Source: Malacoraja senta
Taxonomy: Eukaryota
Reading direction: 5' to 3'
Length of the DNA: 64,000 nt
NCBI GenBank assembly: GCA_038087875.1
Contig: CM076000.1
Coordinates: 1,116,001-1,180,000, forward strand
The notes under the pieces were generated by a model. It searched no databases. It was not told the origin of the DNA and saw only the letters and a program-made list of their open reading frames with translations. Below are positions 1-12,337 of this stretch, in pieces (within the stretch, counting starts at the first letter, position 1; each line of letters begins with the position of its first letter). The position numbers and the translations under genes are program-made.

Positions 1-439
1 GTCTCTCGTCCAATAAGAATGTCGTCATTTTCAATGTGGTAACCTCATTCTTGAAAAACGATGCTAGAAAAATTCAGAAGATAGGGCAGCATCCTTTGGA
101 GAGAAAAAATAAATTGTAGTAAACAACTTATAATTAAATGTGGCTGGAAATCCAGACCATTGAATAGATATTATATGCTTCATCCACCAACATTTCAAAA
201 ATGTTTATGTACATTTAAAAGCTATTATTATGTGATCAATAAAATATATTGTAGGTAATTCCAGCTAATTCCTGTGTGAATGTAATGTATAAAAATGGAC
301 AATTTCTGTTTAATTACAGTTTGTTTTTACAAAAAAAGCATTTTGAGTAGCTAAAGGCCTAATTAAATATGTTTGTTCTCTGCTGCATAAAAAATGTCAC
401 AAACAAATTATTAAACTTTTAAAATATATTGGATAGTCT

Positions 440-2663
440 CAGGTCTGCCAACATTGGGTGAGAGTTGAGAGTGAGAAATTGCAAGGGAGTGTAGCGACCG
501 AGGAGAGGAGAGGAGAGGAGAGGAGGGTGTGGGAGGGGGGTGTCCCCCCTCCCACGGTAGGGAGCTTTTGCATTTTTCAGCTTGAAATTGTGCAATCTGG
601 TGCATATTGTAGCGAGTCTTTTAACTTACACTTGAATGCAACATTTATGCTTCAAATTGGAATAGGTATGAATAAGGTTAGGCTAAATTACATTCCTAAT
701 TACATTCCACAGTAGAGCCAGGCTCTAATCAACAGGTGCAGCACATGAATGACCTTAGTATATTCATATATGGAAATCAGATTATAATTCATGCTATACA
801 TATATATATATATATATAGAAACAAAAAAAATGGAAAGAAGGCAAGAGGAGTCAGACTTCTATCACTGTTCTGCACAAATCAATCAATCAATCTTACCCT
901 TTGACTATAGAAACAAGACGAAAATAATGCCACATATTCAACGGTATATGGTTCAATGAAATTAAGATATATATGTAAAACATATATATGGAAACAGGCC
1001 ATTCGGCCCACCGTCCACACTGACCAGCAATCTACCATACACTAGTTGTATCCTACAAGCCAGGGACAATTTACAGAAGTCAATTAACTTACAAACCTGC
1101 ACTTCTTTCGGATGTGGGAGAAACCGGGATATCCAGAGAAAACCATGTGGTCATAAGGAGAATGTACAAATACTGTACAGACAGCACCCATAGTCAGGAT
1201 CAAATCTGGGTCTGTGGCGCTGCAAGGCAGCAATTCTACCGCTGCGTCACCATGCCACCCCATTAAATTATTTTTCTGTAATATATTTATTATGGTGTAA
1301 CGTCAATAAAGATGAACAGATGATTTTGATTTCTGCCCTTAGTTGGATAACACACATCTCCACTCATTGTGTTTTATGGCTGGTTTTCAACCTCTTCAGT
1401 CTGAAGGTCTCGACCCGAAACATCCCTATTCTTTCTCTCCAGAGATGCTGCCTGTCCTGCTGAGTTATTCCAGCTTTTTTGTGTCTATTTTCAGTTTAAA
1501 CCACCATCTGCAGTTCCTTCCTACACTCTTTCTTAAGCAAAACAGGTCCGATTCTCATAATATTATTCACCTCAACTAAGTCTTTTCTTCACCTCCGTTG
1601 CTGCAGAGAACACAATCCCAGTTATCAAATCTTTCTTCAAAGTTTAAAAAAATTCCAGCCCTGCCAATATGTTCATAAATCGTACCTGGATCCTCTCCAG
1701 AGCAATTGCACCCTTTCTACAGTGTGTCATAGTCTTACAGCATGGAAACAGGCCCTTCATCCCAACTTGTTCATGCAGATCAAGATGCCCCATCTAAACT
1801 AGTCCCATTTATCCGCATTTGGCCCATATCCCTTTAAACCTTGTGTGTCCCAGTGTGTGTGTAAGGGTGTGTGGTTGGTTGTGTGTCAGAGTGTGTGTCA
1901 GTGAAGCGGCGACAGCACCCGGAGTGAGCGGAGACTTGGCGATGTCCGGGGAGCATTTCCCTCTCTCTCCCCCTCCCCGGGAATGCGGGCCGGCCCAGGT
2001 GCTCTGTGTCCAGCTGGGGTCCGGGGGAGGTGAGGGCCAATGATCCGGGGGAGGTGAGGGTCAGTGACCCGGGGATCGGGCATCGGAGCTGAGTTATAGC
2101 CCGCGATTCATCCCCGCGGCTCCGGAGGCGGCACCGACGCCCCCACTCACCTGGTCCGCTCCTGGCCAGGGTTAAAACTCCATGCGGTGTGGACAGATCG
2201 GCCGGCCGGACACAGAGCCGCCGGAGGTGAGGGTGGGAGGTGTGAGCGGTGCCTCGGGGGGGGGGGGGGGGGAGGGTGCTGGGATCACCACCGTGTCTCA
2301 CCTATCCCACCATCTGCACGGGAATGTGAATGAGGGTGAGGCAGGAGAAATGCTTGAGTGTGAAGAAGGGTCAAACGCAGACATAGATGCTGCCTCACCC
2401 GCTGAGTTTCTCCAGCATTTTTGTCTACATTGCCATTTTAAATAGTGCGATGGGCTAAAGCCAAGTTGCTCGTTCTTTACGGGGAACCCGCCGACAGAAA
2501 ACTATTCTCATTGGTGAGTGTGGAGGAGTGTGACTATTTATTTATATATATATATATATCTTTTTTAATTTGAGCTTGAGAACTTCTTTCATCAGCGTGA
2601 GAGCATGAGAATTTCGTCAAATGCGTGAGTCTCATGCTCAATGCGTGAGAGTTGGCAGCCCTG
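440..2663. mobile_element. Non-autonomous TIR DNA transposon (hAT-like termini) with nested SINEs
   Basis: CAGGTCTGCCAAC (440-452) and GTTGGCAGCCCTG (2651-2663) form a 12/13 inverted match, flanked by a direct repeat TAGTCT. Confidence 0.6.
990..1260 (-). mobile_element. tRNA-derived SINE (HE1/V-SINE-like)
   Basis: Reverse complement of the SINE at 45908-46205. Confidence 0.7.
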
Positions 2664-2888
2664 TAGTCTACTTATATGCAATACTCATACAAATACAAAT
2701 GGTGTTCTGATATAATGGAATGTGTAACAATTCATGGTCCTATTTGTCTCATGACCAGATGTATTATGTTGAAATCTGGTTTAAGTAATACAGTTAGTCT
2801 GCTTCATTGCTCGGGACTTGAGCATTCTGCCTGGATTTGCTGGCAATGCTATTTATGTCTTGTAACCAAATTCTCTTTATGACCACAG

Positions 2889-2995
2889 GGCTGCACACAT
2901 CATAGGTTATTTGCCATTTGAAGTCCTGGGTACTTCAGGTTACGATTACTACCATGCAGATGACCTGGAACAGTTAGCAAGGTGCCATCAACAAC
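2889..2995 (+). CDS. NPAS2: NPAS2 coding exon (PAS-B, first exon in window; gene begins upstream)
   Basis: cacag|G...CAA C|gtatg, 107 nt. Translates (R)[35 protein letters not shown](L), the CLOCK/NPAS2 PAS-B motif. Confidence 0.95.
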
Positions 2996-3475
2996 GTATG
3001 TATCATACTGAAAAAGTCCAAATAATGTTGTTATTAGACTTGATATTTAGATCAGCAAAATAATGTCATGGTTTCAAATCTAAAAAAAGGGGAAAAGGGA
3101 AAAGAAAAAAATGCTTTTCACATACATTCGAGTAAAATTCAAATGAGAGTCTGAAACTTCCATGTAAGAGTCCATCTCTTAGAGTTCTAAATAGCGGATA
3201 ATTGTGTTTGTCTTGGTTTTAGCCTATCAATACAGTTTATATACCTGTACTGATAATATGTTTGACAATAGACAATAGACAATAGACTCTCAGTTTGCTC
3301 TCAGAAGTCTCTCTATAAGGAGTAATTGGTCAGAAATCCACTTCTGCAGTGCAGCATTGATGAAATTTCCCATTATTTTTTTGTTTTAAAACATGTTTGA
3401 GTAATTTTTCTCATTCTGTGTGGAATTCCACATTCCACAATGACTTTGCCTCAGGAAGTTAGTTGTAGCCATTCA

Positions 3476-4652
3476 TCTATCTATCTATATTACTAAAAGT
3501 CTGATCTTGACCGCTTTTGGCTCGCTGTGCTATGATTTCCGAGAGAACGCCGCCACCTATGGCCGTCATTTTTGGCCACCTCGCTCAGAGCCCCCCTCCG
3601 CCTGCCAGGACTGGAGGATTTTTCCCATCGATGAAAAATCAGAGATATATTAATGTTTTAAAAAATGTTGCCATTCTCTCTGCTGCCCCTGCTGGTGGGA
3701 GGGGGGAGGGACTATAAAACCCGGAAGTGGTGTGCCTCACTCAGTCTCTGCAAGATGAAGTGAGAGGTTCATGTCTCTCTGAGCTCTGAATAACACTGAA
3801 CACATGTCTACTCTACTGTGAGTGCCCTTAATGTGGTTTGAAAATGAAAATACGGTTGGTTTGAAGTAAAAAGGCACTGCAAATGGTTGTTTGGTTTTTT
3901 TGGGGGTTGAAGTAAAAAGGCAGTGCAAATGGTTGTTTGGGGGGTGTTTGGGTTGAAGTAAAAAGGCAGTGCAAATGGTTGTTTCGGTTTTTTTTGCGTT
4001 GAAGTAAAAAGGCACTCCAAATGGTTGTTTGGGGTTTTTTGGGGTTGAAGTAAAAAGGCACTGCAAATGGTTGTTTGGTTTTTTTGGGGGTTGAAGTAAA
4101 AAGGCAGTGCAAATGGTTGTTTGGGGGGGGGGGTTTGGTTGAAGTAAAACTCCCCCCCCCCCCAAACAACCATTTGCACTGCCTTTTTACTTCATCCCCC
4201 ACAAAAACCAAACAACCATTTGCACTGCCTTTTTACTTCAACCCAACCCCCCCAAACAACCATTTGCACTGTATTTTACTTCAACCCAACCCCCCCCCCC
4301 CCCCAAAGGACCATTTGCACAAATGGATTTGAATTTGGTGGCCTTGCACTCTGCTTGAAATAGAATTTCAAGGAATAGCCGTGAGTTAACTGCCAGCCCA
4401 CCAGCCGTGAGTGAGCTGCCAGCACATCAGGCTTGAGGGACTGAGCTGCCACCCCAAGAATCCATTTGGTCCACAATGTCCATACTAGCCCTTTGGAGAC
4501 CAGTACTCCCTGCAGTCAACAACACCCATACCAGCGCTCCAGAAAGCCTCCACTGGGCACCAATATTGGAATTGGTGGAGAGGTGGAATATTGCATTGGG
4601 AGACCAGCCCTCCCGTGTGAACATGGGACCCAACGGGCCCCACTTAGTCTAG
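3476..4652 (+). mobile_element. Non-autonomous Helitron
   Basis: 5' end A|TCTATCTATCTATATTACTAAAA; subterminal hairpin GGGACCC-AAC-GGGCCCC; 3' end CTAG|T; no TSD. Confidence 0.8.
3855..4325. repeat. ~45-bp minisatellite with internal orientation switch
   Basis: Six full copies of GTTGAAGTAAAAAGGCA(C/G)TGCAAATGGTTGTTTGG plus a G/T run, then from ~4150 three copies plus a partial in reverse orientation. Confidence 0.9.
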
Positions 4653-5576
4653 TACATAACTAAAGCTCTGATCTTGTGCTCTTCCGGTTTGCAAGTTTTT
4701 TCTATTTGCGCAGAAATGATATGCGATAGCGCTACGATTTTTTCCAGCTTACTCATCGTTCTCCTGTGCTGCGTGCAACAAGTTTCGTTCCGATCGGTGG
4801 TATATTGTAAAAGTTAGCGAGGTTAGCGCAGATCGATCTCCTCTCCTGCAAGTCAGCGCCACGCGGATTAGTCTATTCTCGTGTCACTCCCTGGGATGGT
4901 CTGCCCCTTCCTGCGCAATCGCGTCTTTACTAGAGCTGAAGGAGGCCAGCAGAGGTCTCCAACCGGACACAATTTTCGGAGGGTCCGGAAGTGGCACGGC
5001 GATGTCGCCAAACGGAAAGCGATGAATCTGATCCCGGCGGTGGAGAGCGCCCAGTGCCCGCTCTGAGTTCCAAACGCACCACAATCATAATGCCCCGCAG
5101 CTCCAGTCCTTTCCCGTCTGGTCCCCCTTGCTGGCTCCTGCCCCCTCCCCTGTGATACACCCCTCTCCCCCATGGCTCTTCCCCTGTCTTTTCTCCGAGC
5201 TCTCTCCCCACCCCCCCCCCCCACATCCCCCTCCCGCCCCCACGCCGGCGCGGCCGTAGCTGCTGGTGCTTCTGGGCCGATCTGAGGCCTGGGGATAGGG
5301 GGATATGAGGGGGGTAGGGAGGGGAGAGGAGTTATGGAGGGAGGGAGGGAGTGATTGAGGGTAGGGGAAAGGAGAGGGAGAGAGAGGTGAGGGAGGGATT
5401 GGGGCGGGGAGGAGGAGAGGGGAAAGAAAAGGGAGGGTGAAGAGTGGGAGAGAGTGCTAGGGATGAGGGGAAACGAGCTGCGCCTGTGCAGTTGGGGGCT
5501 ATGGGTGAGTGGTGGATTACGTTGGGGGACCAAGCCTCCTGTGTGACAGGGACCCAACGGGCCCCACTTAGTTTAG
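4653..5576 (+). mobile_element. Second non-autonomous Helitron, head-to-tail with the first
   Basis: Starts TACATAACTAAAGCTCTGATCTTG (compare TATATTACTAAAAGTCTGATCTTG) and ends with the same GGGACCCAACGGGCCCCACTTAGT followed by TTAG|T. Confidence 0.72.
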
Positions 5577-5999
5577 TCCTTATTAAACCAGAGGTGGAAC
5601 GTACACCTGGGAGTTAATTAACCCTAAATTTACCACTCAAAAAAATAACTTAATGAATTACGAACAACAGTAGATGATTCATTATTTTCTTCATTTATTA
5701 TTTCAAAAGTAATAAGAGTAGCTCTTCAACTCTGAATGCAATACTATCAATACTATAGCACTAATTAAGTCAATTAATTTAATATTGATGTAAAATCTGA
5801 TCCGTTAAAGGGAAAGGGAAATCAAGTATGTCTGCCATCTCCAAAAGCAAAATACCGCCGAACGTGGAAATCTGAAATAAAAATAGAATATGTTGGAAAT
5901 GACCAGCTAGATCTTTAGGCTAGATCTGTGGGGGGAGAATCCATTAATGTAGCAGGTCAGTGATTGTTCATCAGGTTGATTCACGCCATACCGGGTAAC

Positions 6000-6465
6000 A
6001 AGGTTAATTCCCGTGATGGCAGCCATTGATAGATTGGAGCGGCTGACCTTGTATACTCTGGAATTTAGAAGGATGAGAGGGTATCTTATTGAATCATATA
6101 AGATTATTAAGGGTTTGCACAGGCTAGAGGCAGGAAACATGTTCCCAATGTTGGGGGAGTCCAGAACCAGGGGCCATAGTTTAAGAATAAGTGGTAAGCC
6201 ATTTAGAACAGACATGAGGAAAAACTTTTTCACACAGAGAGTTGTGAATGTGTGGAATTCTCTGCCTCAGAGGGTGGTGGAGGCTGGTTCTCTGGATGCT
6301 TTCAAGAGAGAGTTAGATAGAGCTCTTAGGGATAGCGGAGTCAAAGGATATGGAGAGAAGGCAGGAACGGGGTACTGATTGTGGATGATCAGCCATGATC
6401 ACATTGAATGGGGGTGCTGGCTCAAAGGGCCGAATGGCCTACTCCTGCACCTATTGCCTATTGAC
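6000..6465 (+). mobile_element. CR1 LINE 3' fragment
   Basis: LYTLEFRRMRG...RTRGHSLRI...FFTQRVVNVWNSLP plus a 3' UTR shared with other CR1 copies in the window. Confidence 0.92.
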
Positions 6466-7407
6466 TAGGAAAAGTAGAAAGTAAACACATTTGAAATTGA
6501 AATAAAAGGGAGAAAGAGCAGAGAGATAAAACAGGAAAGTTGGAGCTGAAGGAACTGAATAAAACAAGTGGAAGAGATGTCAGCTGAACGAGAGTGAGAA
6601 AGATGTAAACAGGATGTGGAAATAGGATTTGACAGATGAAATCTGAAGTGCTAGAAAATGAATGAAAAAAGGATGAATGCTGGAAATATGAGAGACAAGA
6701 CTACTGTTTATGCAGGCCCGGATTTAGATGAAGAGAGGCCCTAAGCTGTTCCACTTGTGAGGCCCCTCCCAATACCCCACCCCCACAACTAGAGGAAGAT
6801 GGTCCACCAGATTGACACCGATTTGCAGCCGAGTGTGGCCAATGAGATAAGGGGCTGGAAAGCTGCGCTTTTTATTTATTTATTTATTGCCAGTGCTAGT
6901 GTCAAGTTATTGACATAAAACACTATTATTCTGAAATGGAGGGCAAGGAAAATTACTGATGGGTTGTTTAGAGACTACAGTGTGTTGTGACAGCATATGT
7001 AAGAAAGGCCTATGACAGTGTCAAAAATATTATATATCTTGCAGGGCTCTCATTAATTTTTTTTCTCTGTTGTCAGCCGGGCAACCTTGGCAGCTTTTTA
7101 AGTTGCCAAATGACAGTTTAGGTGGTCATCTAAGACGGCTTGCATGATGCGTGCGATAATGTGCTTGGACGAAGTGCGTAGTTACCAGTCGGAATTATGC
7201 TCAATGAAGCATTCACATATTATTTCTGCTTCAAAGTCACAAACTAAACATATTCACCAATCAAGATGATATATACCACAATGACATGCAGCAAAATTAT
7301 AATACAGTATCTCAACTCTTTTTACACATTGCAATTAATGCAATTTCTATATTTCTTTCCACTTCCAAACAAAAATGTGGTTGGATTATTCAGCATATGA
7401 TCAACCT

Positions 7408-8575
7408 CGGTGAGAGCAAGCGCAGGCTTGGTGATCGCTTCGCACAACACCTCCACTCATTTTGCAATAACCAACCTGATCTCCCGGTGGCTCAACACTA
7501 TTCAACTCCCCTTCCCATTCTGAATCCGACCTTTCTGTCCTGGGCCTCCTCCATGGCCAGAGTGAGGCCCACCGCATATTGGAGGAGCAGCACCTCATAT
7601 TTGCTTGGGTAGTTTACACCCCAGTGGTATGAACATTGGCTTCTCTAATTTCAGGTAGTCCTTGCTTTCTCCCTCTTTCCCCTCTCATTCCCAGCTCTCC
7701 CACAGCTTACTGTCTCCACCTCTTCCTTTCTTTTTCGTGTCCCCCCCCCCCCCCGACATCAATCTGAAGAACGGTCTCGTCCCAAAACGTCGTCTATTCC
7801 TTTACTCCATAGTTGCTGCCTTACCCGCTGATTTTCTCCAGCTTTTTTGTCTACCAATGGGATCCCACCACTGGCCACATCTTCCCATCTCCTCCCCTGT
7901 TGGCTTTCCGCAGAGACTGCTCCCTCCATAACTCGCTGGTCAATTTGTCCTTTCCCACCCAAACCACCCCCTCTCCTGGCACTTTCCCTTGCAACCACAG
8001 GAAATGCTACACTTGTCGCTTTACCTTCCCCCTTGACTCCATTCAAGGACCCAAGCCGTCTTTCCAGGTGTGGCAGAGGTTCACCTGCACCTCCTCCAAC
8101 CTCATCTATTGCATCCACTGCTCTAGGTGTCAGCTGCTCTACATCGGTGAGACCAAGCGTAGGCTTGGCGATCGCTTCGCCCAACACCTCCGCTCGGTCC
8201 GCAATAACCAACCTGATCTCCCGGTGGCTCAGCACTTCAATTCCCCCTCCCATTCAGAATCTGACCTTTCTGTCCTGGGCCTCTTCCATGGCCAGAGTGA
8301 GGCCCACCGTAAATTGGAGGAGCAGCACCTCATATTTCGCTTGGGTAGTTTACACTCCAATTTCCCCATTGACCTTCAATTTCAGGTAATCCCTGCTTTC
8401 TCCTCCCCTTCCCAGCCCTCCGTCAGCCCACTGTCTCCGCCTCTTCCTTTCTTCTTCCCATCCCCCCAACCCTCACATCAGTCTGAAGAAGGGTCTCGAC
8501 CCGAAACGTTGCCTGTTTCCTTCGCTCCATAGATGCTGCCTCACCCGATGAGTTTCTCCAGCATTTTTGTCTACC
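7408..8575 (+). mobile_element. Penelope-like retroelement, partial tandem of 3' ends (GIY-YIG endonuclease)
   Basis: IYCIHCSRCQLLYIGETKRRLGDRFAQH GIY-YIG motif preceded by C-x3-C-x2-C. 7408-7855 is a direct repeat of ~8145-8575. Confidence 0.9.
8483..8513 (+). ncRNA. Penelope-associated minimal hammerhead ribozyme-like motif (best copy of ~20)
   Basis: CTGAAGA (8483-8489), extra A, stem II GGGTC/GACCC, GAAA (8503-8506), palindromic ACGT in place of stem III. Confidence 0.55.
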
Positions 8576-8579
8576 CATT

Positions 8580-8800
8580 CACACAAGTTCTGTTATCCCA
8601 CTTTCCTCACCCACTTCCTACACATTAGGGACAATTTTACAGAGACAAGTTAACCTACAAAGCCAATGCGTCTTTGAGATGTGGGAGGAAACCCACACGC
8701 TTGCAGGGAGAATGTGCAAATTCAACACAGACAGTGCCCGAGGACAGGATCGAACACAGATCTCTGGCGTGTGAGGCAGCAAGTCTACCAGCTGTGCCAC
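8580..8800 (-). mobile_element. tRNA-derived SINE (HE1/V-SINE-like)
   Basis: Matches the reverse complement of 45908-46205. Confidence 0.7.
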
Positions 8801-11800
8801 TATATTTTGCTTTCCAACACACAAAAAATGATACATTGATAACTTTGGTTACTAAAATAATGAAAATATCCATTTTCAGTTTTAAATCTCCAAGTGACGC
8901 TATGTCCCCCTTTACAGCTACTGTAAGTTTTAATTAAGTTCAAGATTATGGGGCAGTACATTGGCCATAAAGTTGATGCCGAAAAGTGCCAGAGACCCGG
9001 AATTAATCCTGAATATGGGTGCTGTCTGTATGGAGTTTGCTCCTTTTCCCTTTGATCGCATGGGTTTTCTCCGGGTGCTCTTGTTTCCTTCCACATTCCA
9101 AAGGTGTGCAGGAACCTATTTCAGACCCAACCCAAAACGTAATATTTCCTTTTGTCCAGAGATTCTTTCTGACCTGTTGAGTTACTCCAGCTTTTTGTGT
9201 CTATCTTCAGTTTAAACCAGCATCTGCAGTTCCTTCCTACACACACGATACTATACGATAGACTTTATTAATCCCAGGAGGGAAATTGTGTGTGTGTGTA
9301 TATATATTATACACACACACACACACGCATATATATATAGTTATATATTAATATATAAATATACACCCTTTTTTTCTCGTTTATAACATTGTTTACAGAG
9401 TACTATGTTTACATATTCTGTTGTGCTGTTGCAAGTAAGGATTTCATTGTTCTAACTGGGACGTGAGAGAATAAAACACTCTTGACTCTTGACTTACTCC
9501 GCTAATGTGTGGGATAGAACTGGTGTACGGGTGATCGGTGGTCGTCGTGGACTCGGTGGGCCGAATGGCCTGTTTCATCGTTGTATCTTTAAATTAAACT
9601 AAAAACACTAAAACCAGAGGGAGTCTAAAGAAGGGTCTCTACCCAAAACATCACCCAATTTCTTCTATCCAGAGTTGCTGGCTGATCCATGGAGTTCCCC
9701 CGCACAATTAAAGTATGGAATAGTCTTCACCCTACCATAGTTACCCAACCAGATGCAACTAAATTTAAGGTACCTCTTTTTTCCCCAAGAACCCTTTTTT
9801 GCTTAAGTCCAAGTCAAGAGTCAAGAGAGTTTTATTGTCATGTGTCCCAGATAGGACAATGAAATTCGTGCTTGCTGCAACACAACAGAATATGTAAACA
9901 TAATACAGAACAGGAGATAAAAGTTCAGTGTGTTTATATACCATAGACCATATATATATACATAATAAATAAACAGATAAAATGCAATAGGCTGTTATTG
10001 TTCAGCCCTCCACCACCTCCAGTTTAAATTCCATTTAGAATATTTATGGAGGACCAGGAAACCAGAAGCAAGAGTTACTCCAGGGAGTTACTCCAGATCC
10101 AGGGTCAGGGAGTGATTCTGCGTTGGTTTTCAGCGGTCGCGGCGAGGCGGCGACCGGACAGCAAAGCCGGCCAGATCTCCCACAATTCAAAGCGAGGGAG
10201 AAAGTGCCCAGCGCCGACCAGTTGCCGTGGCAGTGCGCATGCGCAGTGCGGCCGATGATGTGCTGGCCGTGGTTGTGCGCATGTGCTGGGGGGAGGACGT
10301 GCTGGCCGTAGCAGTGCGCATGTGCAAGGCGGCTTGCCGTGCCGGCGGATGAGGAGCGAGCGGAGAGCGGAGGCCCTGACACGGATACGGATGGCGGGTG
10401 GAGACGGAGAGTGACAGAGAGAGAGAGATAGAGAGGGGGGCCTGCCCAGAGTTGGAACGGCAGTTGCCTTGGCCGGAGGCCGCCTAGATTTCGAGGCCCT
10501 AGGCTTCAGCCTATGAAGCCTAGTGGTAAATTCAGCTCTGCGAGGCCCCCCTAGATCTCGAGGCCCTAAGCTTAAGCTTGTCAAGCTTATACGTAAACCC
10601 GGCCCTGTGTTTATGTGAAATTGTTCAATTTAGTGTCATCCCCAAAGGTTCTAGTGTATCACCAGAAGAGCTCATGTTCATGTGATCGGAGTAGAACTAG
10701 GTCATTTGGCCCATCAAATCTACTCCGCCATTCATCATGGCTGATCTATCTTTCCCTCTTAACTCCCATTCTCCTACCTTCTCCCCATAACCCCTGACAC
10801 CCATACGAATCAAGAATCTATCAATCTCTGCTTTAAAATATCCATTAACTTGGCCTCCACAGACTCATATTCCACAGATTCACCACCCTCTGACTATATA
10901 AATCCCTCCTCATCTCCTTTGTGTCTCCATACACATTGAGCTTTGTGGCTCCATACACCTTGCAATGAATTAAAAGTCATAGGGAAATGAAATTACAGTA
11001 AAGGCCAATTGGAAGTTGAGATTAAAGTTCCAGACTAAACCGAGATTTTCAGCAAAAGTGGTCATCAATTCAACAATTTCAGAAATCAGTCTTGTGTCTC
11101 ACATTTCCAGCAGTCAGTTTATTTCGGGTACTTCAGATTTAATTCATCCTATATATCCTTCCTCAAAACATACTTTTTCCATCTTCTTTCAGCTGAAATC
11201 ACCATCACTTGCACCATACCATTCCTCCTGATCTTGTCGATCAAACCTTTCCTTTCATTCCCTGCCATACCTGCTTTCCTGCAACTTGTTCTATTTCTGA
11301 TATTTTCCCATCGTGATTAAAGACCATCAGCCTGAAACATTACCCTGTTTCTTTCTCCACTGATGCTGTCTGACCTTCTGTGTGGTTCCAGTTATTTTTC
11401 TGTCTCTCTGATCTCTATTGAAATAAAATGTATATCATAATTGCAAACTGTTAATTTACATTTCTTTCACTTAGTAAATGCCCAGCTCTTGCACTGCTGA
11501 ACCATTACAATAATATCACCCATTGCCTTCACTGAAAGCAGCAATTTAACAGTCATCTGAGAGCTATTGCTGAGTTATCCAGAATCACTAGATCTTAGAT
11601 AATGTGCAATACCAGCTGGTAATGTAGAGGATTTCCGCAGCATCTTGTTTTGTAGATTGCACAACTTTGCAATAGTTTCCAGCCATACCAGAGTTGAATT
11701 TGCTATTTTTTTATGTGACATTGTCCTAGATGACTTCCTTTGTGATACATCATTTAATCAGAGGCTGAACAAATACATAATAACCTGGTGAATATGACTT

Positions 11801-12189
11801 AAAGTCCCATTAGAACAGTTTCAAACATGGATCTTGATTGTAAAAACATTAATTAAAAATAATGAAAGTTTTAAAAATAGTTGTGCAATTATAAAACTCT
11901 ACAAAAACCTATCCAGCACAAATGTTGTAACAATAGAAACATTTTAGTGAAGGAGATTTAAATTGGTAGGTTTATGTACATAATGGAAAATTATAGTTTT
12001 ATGTAAAACAGTACAGTTTTTCTACAATATCTTACTTTTCTAAATTAAAAATGCAAGAAAGTACTCTTACTAGACTTACATGGCCTTTGAAATACAGTGT
12101 AAAGATACATCTTTCAATGAATGTTGATTTGTCTGAATAATAATATTATTTATTTTAAAACTTGAGGAAAATGCTTTTGTTCTCCACAG

Positions 12190-12337
12190 TGATGCAGTAT
12201 GGTAAAGGAAAATCTTGCTGCTATCGATTCCTAACGAAAGGACAACAGTGGATTTGGCTCCAAACTCATTACTACATTACATATCATCAGTGGAACTCCA
12301 AACCAGAGTTCATTGTATGCAAACACACACTTGTGAG
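12190..12337 (+). CDS. NPAS2: NPAS2 coding exon (PAS-B/PAC)
   Basis: ccacag|TG...GTG AG|gtacg, 148 nt. Translates [54 protein letters not shown] is NPAS2-type (CLOCK has SCYYRF). Confidence 0.97.

Larger units (their letters stand above)
6713..10607. mobile_element. Non-autonomous hAT DNA transposon carrying nested insertions
   Basis: TIRs CAGGCCCGGATTTA and TAAACCCGGCCCTG; perfect 8-bp TSD TGTTTATG (6705-6712, 10608-10615); subterminal GAGGCCC repeats at both ends. Confidence 0.85.

Noticed and set aside
3855..4325. CRISPR-like array (conserved ~34-bp repeat with variable linkers)
   Set aside because: Linkers are ~10-13 nt G/T runs rather than unique spacers, there are no cas genes, and the context is a vertebrate intron inside a Helitron.
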